DNA of 13,384 bases from Azolla caroliniana (GCA_043228905.1 JBHGNT010000958.1:1-13384), one strand, 5' to 3'. Shown: positions 1 through 8,860, numbered from the stretch's first letter. Translations and numbers: made by a program. Notes: generated by a model not told the origin, from the sequence alone.

Positions 1-1278
1 CCTCACCCCTATTCCTACAACCTTGCCAGCAGAATCTGTTATTTCTGCACCCAACTTCTTGAATCGAACATCAAGACCCTTGTCAGTCAGTGCAGAAATG
101 GACAGTAGATTCTTCTTCAGATCTGGCACGTACAACACTTGAGAGAGATGCTTTGTCCCACCGGTCGTTGCTTTGAGGGAGACGGTTCCGGTTCCTTTGG
201 CCGAACATCGAGCATTGTTCCCGACCACAACATTGATGGGCTCTTGTAGACGTGTCCAAGAACTGTACCAGTCACGATTACTGGTCATATGTCGGGATGC
301 TCCACTATCGAGAATCCAAGACTCATCAACAACTTGAGTGTCAACTGAAGAACACACTTCTTCAGTTGCGACCCATAACTCAAGTTCATCTACGACATTG
401 TTAGCGGACTCGGGCTCTCTCCAAGAAGTCTTATTAGAACCATTCTTCTCATCCGCCATCTTCTTTCGACAATCCTTGATTGTGTGACCCTTCTTGTCAC
501 AGTAGAAACACGATCCATTGAACTTCTTCTTCTTCGGTATCCTATTCGCATTGTTTGAATTGGATGCCCCTTCACCCTTAGTCCTAGAGACAAATGCTGA
601 ATCTTCCCTTTCTTCTCTTGTCTTCAGCCGAAGCTCCTCTTCAAGCAGCATTGCACTTAGTTCATCAAATTTTAAAGGAGTGGGTCGAACCTGAGTGTTC
701 AATGTTGTCACAATGCCATCATACTTGAAAGGAAGTACTCGAATGCACCGACGAGCCATATCCTCTTGAGAGACGACTACTCCAACAGCCGCCAGCTGAT
801 CTTGAAGATCCTTAATCCTTTTTACAAAGGATTCTACTTTCTCTCCATCAGCGAGCTTCTCTGCAGCAAGCTGATTTTCGAGGTTTTGTATCCTTGTATA
901 GTTTCTGGTCTCATACTGGCTGGCCAATATGCTCCAAGCTTCATGTGCCCTAGTTGTATGTTGCACTAGTGTTAGTACGGAGTCACATACACCAGTGACT
1001 ATGGTACATAGCGCATCAGCGTTCCTTCTCTTCCAGGCTCGAAGTAGATCAGCATTTGGAGGAATTGATGTGGTAGGGTGTGCAGGGTCAAAGGTTGCCA
1101 TGGGCTCAGGGTCTCCCCCTGTGGGTCCCATGATTGTTTCCAACAACTCGTAGGAATCCAAAATGGCAAACAATTTGAACTTCCATAGAGTGTAGTTGGT
1201 TCCATCTAGCTTTCCATCAGACAATGGAGGTGGGCGAATGCGCAATGGAGCAGCTGCAACATTCGTGGACAAGGCCAT
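1..1278 (-). CDS. Copia Gag-Pol polyprotein, N-terminal 426 codons (Gag, CCHC zinc knuckle, aspartic protease); 3'-partial
   Basis: Manual translation from ATG at 1278 (MALSTNVAAAPLRIRPPPLSDGKLDGTNYTLWKFKL...) has no stop down to base 1. It contains KLDGTNYTLWK (copia Gag N-terminus), CFYCDKKGHTIKDC (CX2CX4HX4C), WILDSGASRHMT (copia protease) and VLYVPDLKKNLLSIS. It is absent from the ORF track, presumably because its stop is outside the window. Confidence 0.95.
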   Translation of the reverse strand, partial: MALSTNVAAAPLRIRPPPLSDGKLDGTNYTLWKFKLFAILDSYELLETIMGPTGGDPEPMATFDPAHPTTSIPPNADLLRAWKRRNADALCTIVTGVCDSVLTLVQHTTRAHEAWSILASQYETRNYTRIQNLENQLAAEKLADGEKVESFVKRIKDLQDQLAAVGVVVSQEDMARRCIRVLPFKYDGIVTTLNTQVRPTPLKFDELSAMLLEEELRLKTREEREDSAFVSRTKGEGASNSNNANRIPKKKKFNGSCFYCDKKGHTIKDCRKKMADEKNGSNKTSWREPESANNVVDELELWVATEEVCSSVDTQVVDESWILDSGASRHMTSNRDWYSSWTRLQEPINVVVGNNARCSAKGTGTVSLKATTGGTKHLSQVLYVPDLKKNLLSISALTDKGLDVRFKKLGAEITDSAGKVVGIGVR

Positions 1279-1288
1279 TGATACTCTG

Positions 1289-1308
1289 TCTCTCTCTCTC
1301 TCTCTCTC
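1289..1308. repeat. (TC)10 microsatellite in the retrotransposon leader, about 10 nt upstream of the gag ATG
   Basis: Read directly from the sequence. Confidence 0.9.
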
Positions 1309-1369
1309 TATTTCTCTCTGTTGCTAGACAGCAACTACCCGTATATACCTAATCTAGATCAACCTCTTC

Positions 1370-1381
1370 GCTCTGATACCA
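1370..1381 (-). promoter_or_regulatory. Primer-binding site complementary to the 3' end of initiator tRNA-Met
   Basis: Minus strand TGGTATCAGAGC directly abutting the LTR 3' end; this is the canonical plant tRNA-iMet PBS. Confidence 0.95.
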
Positions 1382-2014
1382 TATTAGAAATATTGAGAAT
1401 CGAGTAGATAGGTATATAGAGTTACAACTGCAGAGATGGATATATGAAAACAGAATTTCTATTACATATGAGAGTAGTTCAAAATGGTAGTTTTCCCATG
1501 CGCTCACACCTTAGAGCTTAGATAGGATATGGACCGGCTCACTACAAAATTAGTGGGGACAAATGATCAATCTCACCACTGTGTGAGAAAAGTGACTTAT
1601 AATCTATGTTTGGTCTTAGTATAAATGTGCAAGTCAGTTGACAGTAGTGGAGATATTCCTTTTCTGTCAACTGACTTGTCATTTAATATGACCCAACTCC
1701 CTAGGTACAGGCTAGTGCTAGATAATACTTATCTTGAAGTCAATGACGCATACTTCAAGACTAAGTACATCGTAACTTGCCCACAAAATATTCTAGCTGA
1801 CTTGATTAGCCAATCCTTTTATCTATTTCTCTCTTTCCTAAATATATTGTGTCCTACGCATCTACGGTTTCCTAGATTAACACCTTATCGACCCATATGG
1901 TCGAGTTGCACACTAGCCGCTCCTCATTTGGGGCGCTATCACAAAATGTGCACTCTAAGAGCACATATGGGGATAGATTTACAACTTGGGGCTGATCATT
2001 GATTATATCTAACA
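1382..2014 (-). repeat. 5' LTR of the copia element (633 bp)
   Basis: Aligns end to end with 8861..9497 in inverted orientation. It begins TGTTAGA and ends TCTAATA (CA changed to TA), followed by the PBS. Confidence 0.95.
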
Positions 2015-2469
2015 CTACTTGCAAGTTGCTATTTACATTCTCTACATATAGTGCAATTCCTAAAAAGCTATGATAATATATTAAGAGGAGGTGATGACAT
2101 GAGTGTCATATTGAAGAGAACACCTAAAAGGTTGAGCTTATAGTGTATGCCTTATTCACACACCGATACTAGATGCTTCAAAGTATGAATATCCCTTCTT
2201 AGGAAGGAGACACACGTCAAGAAAATTCTTATATTTGGTCTCACCTAGTCAATATTGGCCTCTCTATGGATGCTAAAAAATATGTATCTATCGATCTATT
2301 TATCTATCTATCTATATCTATGATGGTATCATGGTTGACAATAACTTAGAAATAATAAAGTTACAACATGGTACACCACTAGAATACAAATGCAAAATTT
2401 TCATGGAGGCCATTTTCTCATGCACAAATTAATGCTTTTTGGACAAACACATACCTTGCATAGAAAAAA

Positions 2470-2764
2470 GGGAAAAGTACCAGGATACCCCTAGAAGTTC
2501 GTCTATTTACCATAATGCCCTTGGAAGTTCCAAATTTACCAAACTACCCCTATGTCCAAAAAAGTACACTTTATAAAGTAATTATACACTTTACCAATGA
2601 TGGAAGAAATGGACCCGAACTAGCCCTATTTACCAAAGATTTGAGTGTATAATTACTTTATAAAGTGTAATTTTTTGGACATAGGGGTAGTTTGGTAAAT
2701 TTGGAACTTCTAGGGGCATTCTGGTAAATAGACGAACTTCCAAGGGTATCCTGGTACTTTTCCC
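2470..2764. mobile_element. Mutator-type (MULE) MITE / foldback element, 295 bp
   Basis: 121-bp terminal inverted repeats (2470..2590 and 2644..2764, 6 mismatches) beginning GGGAAAAG, a 53-bp spacer, and a perfect 9-bp TSD TAGAAAAAA at 2461..2469 and 2765..2773. Long G-starting TIRs with a 9-bp TSD are hallmarks of the Mutator superfamily. Confidence 0.92.
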
Positions 2765-3817
2765 TAGAAAAAATGATTTGGTAACAAATATCATGAAGTT
2801 GAAAGTAGCTTTTGAGTTTCAATGTAGTCAAGAATAAGGAAAATCATCAAAAGCATTTTCTTGAGTACAAAATACTTATTCAAAGAAAGAGAAGAATATG
2901 GGAAGTTACTCAATAATTTCTCAAATCATTAAAGAAAACACATGCATGTGCTAAATTTTGGTGAGATCTAAAAGGGAAATTGTTCAAAGTTTTAGTGACT
3001 TAACCCTTATGGACTTGTCTATGCATTGTAAGAACAAAACATGACAGGTGACAATTCTTTTTCAAATATACCTTGTTTCTTTACTATTGGAAGTCTATGC
3101 ATAGGGCTGACAAATTTTACCTCTTGAAAAGCAAGAGATCTACATGGCATAAAGGCTAAAATGCTCAAATGGGTAGGAAAGGAAGCACATGCACAGATAA
3201 TTGATATGTTTAATCATGCATTACAATATGAAATATCACATTATTGAAGTACAATTTAGATCAAACCTTAAGATAAAGGTAGACATGTAAATAATGTAAA
3301 CAACTATTGACAATCATAGTAGACTCACCTATAGCAAAATGATTTGGATGTATTAATGGAATAAAGATAAGTGCATGGGTTAAAGAGAAATGATAAGAGG
3401 GCTTGCGAACAAGTTGGCTTTTGTAATGTCTTTTAGTATCCTTATCGAAAGTTACTTCATAATTTGAGCATTCTTCTTGAGAACCATCTTGAGATTAGTG
3501 TGTGGGGATGCACCACCTTCTACCCTTTTGTTGACAAGACAAACAAGTAGAAGTCTAAATCGCCCTTGAGCCATTTACATATAAAACTAACTTTATGTGC
3601 AATTTGGAGCTTAATCAAAGAAAACAAGACCTTTACTTTATAACCATGAAGAGACTTTGCCATATTTCTATGCACTTGATAAAAGAATGAAAAGATGGGA
3701 AGTCACCAACTCAATTTAGCTTCCATTTGCTCGGTTAGATAGTTAATACTTATTAACTATAGAATGATTACACTCTTTACTTATAATTAGTAACATGATT
3801 GCAGAGAGAATTTAGAA

Positions 3818-3837
3818 AGAGAGAGAGAGAGAGAGAG
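3818..3837. repeat. (AG)10 microsatellite
   Basis: Read directly from the sequence. Confidence 0.9.
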
Positions 3838-4896
3838 GCTTAAGCTTTATCTCCGAAGGGTATGTTCAAATGAGGAAGAAGACTTGTAAAAGGTTTATAA
3901 TTTCACATTTATAGTTTGTCCTTATTTAACCAAATTACATATATGTCCCTTGCAAGCTTAAAAAGATATAAAAGTCTATATATAATACATTATACCACAA
4001 TACAAAGTTAGGCTCTCTCTTTATTTGTTACAGAGTTTTATAAGGTGTCTTAAGTGTATCCTCGATCTTAGCGTCAAAGGTGAATGTTCAATGAAATAAT
4101 GTCATATTCTTTAGTTTTAACAACCCTCTAAAGCTTACTAAATTTCTAATCTAAAATATTGGTCACATGCCAAATGTATATAAGGAATATAGTTATAATA
4201 TTGTTTTGTGGGGAACTACCCTTAAGAAATGCGTCATATTGTAATTTCTAGGAAATTGAAATTAACCTTTTGTTATGTAGGAATGACTAACGGGCTTGTA
4301 ATGTGAAAGGGGCCCTTCAAGATTTCCAACTTGTATAAAAGGGCAAGAGTTCTCATGTAAGAAGACATTTTTTGGGTGTCCCAAATTTGGGGTCACCATT
4401 TGGTCATTCTCTCCCCCTGGCATCCATTAACAACCACTTTCCTCCACGTAGCTTTTCAACACTAATTAATGGAGATATACATGTTTTTTACTTTAATAAT
4501 TATCTATTTAGTTGAAGCACCTTATATGTTTTATCTATAGTAATTATTTGTTTTATTCAGATTAACATTTTTCTTTCTTATCTTTTTTTCCAAAAAAGAT
4601 TAACATATTTCTTAATGAATGTGGTGAAACGTGTGTGTTGATTTTATATTAATTCAAGTTGTCTTTGAGGCTTCCATGATATCATGTGTCATGGAGTGGA
4701 GAGATAAGGCTTTTATGTGTTAATGAATAACATGGTCTTTGACATTGGGGGGCGACATCATCCCCCCATTTCTTGGTTAGCCAACCATGAGGAACACAAC
4801 CCCTTGGGACTCGGTAGTTATGACCCTTGGAAGTGCAATACTCCAAGATATGAGTCATGTTGGCGCCTTCAAGGGAGATGTCTTGAGATACTTCAC

Positions 4897-5716
4897 AACT
4901 TTCAAAAACACTATAGCACCATCGATCACCTTCTCACCCTTTTAAGTATTAATGGGAGAAAATCACTTGAGTTGTAAGGGTTAAATTGTTGCTTTGAGTC
5001 TACATAAAAGTTTTTGATATGGTACATCCTGAGCATCTTTGGAGTCACATGGAAGAACTCAACATACCAAATGAATATATGCTTGCAAAATTTCAAATCA
5101 ATAAGAAAGTTATATGTCATGTGCATATGACAATAGAAATTCTGATTTTTCAATAACGTTATTGGTGTTATGAACTAGTTTGAGAAGGAATAAATCATTG
5201 AAGAAGTTATTATTTGGAATTTAATGATCATGTTTTTTGGTATGAAGATGATGGGAACCTTTTTTCATATACTTTAGAAGATACACAAAAGCTTATGAGG
5301 GCATTGGATGACTAGTCTCAAACGAAGATGGTCCTTATGAAGAGCAAAAGTAAGTAAAAATCATGGATTATGTAGAACACTAAGCCATTTTAAATTATGG
5401 AAAGTTTTAGATACCTTGTCCTTAAAGTTCACTCAAATAATAGATGGAATGAATGTTTTACCCTTACTTGAGGTATGGAAGATAGCCCATTATGCACTTG
5501 AGAACCTATGCAATCATTGAAAAATTAAATGTTGGGTCCTTCAACAATACCTTTTCGTTTCAATGGTGATGGTGGTGTTTCTCTATGGGGTAGAAGTATA
5601 AGGCAATCAAATCCTTAAATATGCTTAAAAGGACTATGAAATATCTAAATTCTTTTTTGTGCAAGTTCCTCCGTTTGAAGAAAGAAACACTATACGACCT
5701 CCTATTTCTTGAGACA
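4897..5716 (+). pseudogene. Decayed non-LTR retrotransposon (LINE, probably RTE-like) reverse-transcriptase fragment
   Basis: Reading across frameshifts and stops gives collinear LINE RT motifs: NFQKHYSTIDHLLTL (GFRxxxSTxD-like), CCF..VFDMV (FxDxxKAFD-like), SDFFNNVIGV, YEDD at 5241..5252 (YADD-like), SQTKMV (KTK-like), ESFRYL at about 5400..5417 (FKYLG-like) and LYGVEV*G at 5581..5604 (LYGxExW-like). Boundaries are approximate. Confidence 0.85.
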
Positions 5717-6808
5717 AAAGAGGAAGAAACCCTAAACCCATCTCCAAAAGCTAGAAAAAGAGGAAGAAAAAAAGCTCCCTAACACAAAAAAAGATTAAGT
5801 AAAAGAAAACAGCCCCTATATAATCAATTAGGCACTATTTTAAAAGCCCCTTTCTAAAAATTGAGTTTGCTTTGTTTTCTTGAGAGAGCACCTAGTTCAA
5901 TGTATCTAGTTCTCTTTTCTTATATAGGTCATTAAAATGTTATTCTTCAATTTATTGCTCATAACAAAATTTGCACCATTGGTTTCTCTTCCTATTGTTT
6001 AGCTCTTACAATTTGATCTAAGCTTTTTATTTGTTATGATTTTTGTCTATTTTCTTTGTAACAACCCGGTTACTGAAAATATTCACCTATTATAGAATGA
6101 GAAATTATTGCTGTTTTCTAACTTTGAACCTACCACATCACGACAGCTATCAACTAACTTTCTTTTGTAATACTTAATTTACTTTTCAAGACCTCAATGT
6201 GATGTGAAAACCCACAATGATGAAAATGATATAGTATATTTTAGCCACAAAAGTGCTTAAAATACTCAAAAGCTAAACAGATCAATACATCATGGGGTGT
6301 CCCTAAGTTATAGACAATCAAGTAGAGAAAAGATTGATTGATATTGTCCAACTCTTTGAAACAGCACAAATCATATCTCCTAAACTAAATGACATAGCAA
6401 TAGAGCAGAACAAAGATCTCAATAATGGACTAATTGATCATCTCCCTTGAAGTAGCCATATTTCAATCATATCAAAATAATGACCTTCTCTATGTCCATA
6501 TATTTATTCATCTACTTTACAGTTCTTTGTGTACACTCATAAGCACTAATGAACAATCTGCAATGTCGGTGAAATAATGAAAGGGGTGTGTCTATAAAAG
6601 AAACGGGAATAACAAAGTGGTGGCCGTAAGTATACTCGGGAAGACGTAAGTGGTTGGTTCGACCTGACTATCTGGTCACTTATGCGGCTCTCGTGATCCT
6701 CCCAATCTTACCCCGTGCACAGGGCAATATACTTCCTTTGGGCAGACTAGCTATGGAGCACACCTTTTGCACTATACACATTTTTTATAGCCTCATCGAG
6801 AGAAAAAA

Positions 6809-6995
6809 GAAATACCCAGCAGTTTTCTTTATTTCTACAAATGTTCCTCAGTTCTCATCATTTCCCAAAATGCCTGTGTTCAACTCTGAAAGAAAAGAGC
6901 CTATATACATTTGCTCAAAATAGTATATGGCCAAGGTTATTTTGGGAGATAACAGAAGGGTATTTGTAAAAATATAGAGATTTTGGAGGTATTTC
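6809..6995. mobile_element. Old degenerate foldback element, probably a Mutator-type MITE relic
   Basis: Arms 6809..6875 and 6934..6995 are imperfect reverse complements (GAAATACC/GGTATTTC, TACAAAT/ATTTGTA, TCCCAAAAT/ATTTTGGGA). No TSD was recognised. Confidence 0.55.
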
Positions 6996-7560
6996 AGAGG
7001 TTTTGCTAACAGAATCAATCAGAGATAAATCAATCATTTCTAATCAGAGCTTCTACAATGTAGCTCTCATCAACTAGAAGGACGAACCAAAACTTTGAAA
7101 GAAAGAATATAATTGCTTGTCAAGTTCTAAACAAATAAGAATGAAGAAGTTCTTCTATACATAAGCCTTCATCTAATGTCATGTTACTGGCTTCCTGCCT
7201 CAAAAAAAGATGAGTTGGATGCATCCAGCCTGGCATATATGTATGATAGTCCACACTTGCATCAATCATCTGAAGGCTGAAAAAAGGGCTACGTCAAAAA
7301 GTACCTAAGAGGATGTATATAGTTGTACAAGGAGGTGATACACATCAAAAGAGTTGTCCACACATCCCAGAAACTTGAACATAAACCATTTGACTACACC
7401 AACTGTCGAGAAACTTGCACTCATTCTGCTTGCATTAGAACCACCCAATAGACCTGTGAATATGCAGCTTTCTCTGGATAATCAAAACCATTTACTAGAA
7501 TAGTTTCTTGCCGCCCATGAGATACATAAAACGACTGTGTTGAAAACATCATCCTTCAGG

Positions 7561-7858
7561 TTAAGAAAATGCACAATTCCCATCTAATGTAGAATACCCT
7601 TTCCAGTTGCCTCCAGTTGTCTTCCCTGGTGATATGCCCTTTTGTGAAGTGACCTCTGAAAATCGAGCAGCATTTGCTTTAGTATGCCGAAAGCTTGCAG
7701 TTGATGATAAGCTCGTTTCTGAAGGACTGCCTTTAGTTCTACCCATCGGAGAATGTAGATTCCCGTCATAAGCCAGTGAAATCAAGTTTTTAACCACGCT
7801 TTGATAGCGTCTTCTGAATGTAGGAAGCCTTGAAACAGATGTTGCAATCCCTTGAACT
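7561..7858 (-). CDS. Membrane-protein gene, terminal coding exon (VQGIATSVSRLPTFRRR...GNCAFS*)
   Basis: Acceptor TTTCAG; the phase completes the Arg codon from the previous exon; TAA at 7561..7563. Confidence 0.88.
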
Positions 7859-8282
7859 CTGAAATTACCCAACACAGCCTTTCCAGTGTCAAAACAAATT
7901 AGTTTCTTTTCTTTTGATTTATTTTGTTTCTTCTTTCTTTTCTACCTCTCATTCTCATATTGTTAAAGGCTACTGATAAGCTATAGTTTATTAGCCTTCA
8001 TTACATTACCTAGCTAGTTTACACTGTTAAGAGAACTTTCTCCCCCTTTTCTTGCCTACCAGTTGGATATTGGACCATGTCTGCAGAGAATTATCATGAA
8101 GACAGCCCATCCAAACAGATACGAAATCAGAATACTTCAATGGACAAATAACTTTCTGTCCGTCTCCTAAATGTAAGGTATTTACAATAATGATACCATG
8201 CACCACCAAACAGGAAAAATGGCCTCAAACCATCTCTTGGCCGGTCTTTGAGATCACAGCAATAGCACCTAGCACCAGTATT

Positions 8283-8510
8283 TGTTATGGGCATGACCAT
8301 AATTTATCCTGTGGTAGTTTGTACCGTAAACTTCTACACAGGAGGATAAAAGTGTTAGGGTTCACTGAGAGTGTAAAGAAGGGAGAATTACTTTTAATCC
8401 TAGGAATTGAGACAACCCATACGGGCCAATTGTAAACTTACTTGGAGGCCTTAGGTCTGGCTATAAATATGAGGCCTAGCTACCCTCATGAGACACATTA
8501 TTCGACTACA
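8283..8510 (+). mobile_element. Possible fragment of a second, unrelated LTR in the last intron
   Basis: Starts TGTTATGG and carries CTATAAATA (8461..8469) followed by an ATGAGG...CCTCAT short inverted repeat, a common plant LTR promoter pattern. No partner copy and no secure 3' end. Confidence 0.3.
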
Positions 8511-8860
8511 TCGAGACCATAGATTGACATATTCGCATTCGTTGGGTTTCCCATTCGAATGCAAACGAATACGAATACGAATGGGTGGTCAAGTATTCGT
8601 TGAACGAATGGGCATCAAAAGGAAAAAGAAAAGAAAAGCAAGATAAATTTTATTTTTTGAGAGAGTAAATTGATCTATTAAGACCTTACTAGCGCTACTT
8701 TTCTCAATATCAACTCTATTTCCAGATATTCAATCCTTCTTGTGAATTTTAAGATATTACGGGCATCAAAATTTATCATTTTCCCCATCTGCTCTGTGGA
8801 TAACCAAGAATTAACTTCTAAGAATTGTAAGAAAAGAATTGGTATTCAACACGAAAATCT

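Larger units (their letters stand above)
1..2014 (-). mobile_element. Ty1/copia LTR retrotransposon, 5' portion (5' LTR, PBS, leader, gag-protease); continues beyond the left edge of the window
   Basis: On the minus strand: LTR starting TGTTAGA at 2014, PBS TGGTATCAGAGC immediately after the LTR, then an ORF with copia Gag, zinc-knuckle and protease motifs in the expected order. Confidence 0.96.

Noticed and set aside
390-1205. Short ORFs 390..593, 766..969, 929..1153 and 999..1205
   Set aside because: Alternative-frame or antisense shadows of the gag-pol ORF with no recognisable motifs.
2281-2321. Degenerate (TATC)n tract
   Set aside because: Ordinary simple repeat.
4207-4370. TG-starting segment with TATAAAAGGG (4334..4343) resembling an LTR fragment
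   Set aside because: No partner copy, TSD, PBS or clear CA end; not supportable.
4746-4768. TGGGGGG-CGACATCAT-CCCCCCA 7-bp hairpin upstream of the LINE relic
   Set aside because: Homopolymer stem, too short to distinguish from chance and not assignable to an element.
4717-5153. ORFs 4717..4977 (+) and 4926..5153 (-) as genes
   Set aside because: The first only runs into the LINE relic in its last third; the second is antisense to that relic.
6581-6768. Plant telomerase RNA, group II intron domain V or Helitron 3' end as the identity of the GC-rich island
   Set aside because: No CCCTAAA template; the minus-strand GAGCCGCAT lacks the domain V 3' half; the CTAG at 6747 is about 20 nt from the hairpin and is not followed by T.
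6654-6923. 89-aa ORF across the island and the foldback relic
   Set aside because: Non-ATG start, crosses unrelated elements, and shows no motif.
7281-7400. AAAAAGGGCT matching the 5' end of U11 snRNA
   Set aside because: No Sm site, no U11 stem-loops and no snRNA promoter; chance match.
8277-8597. AGTATT direct repeats flanking a TG...CA segment (8283..8591) as a TSD
   Set aside because: The right copy lies inside the continuing ATTCG/CGAAT array and the word is AT-rich; likely coincidence.
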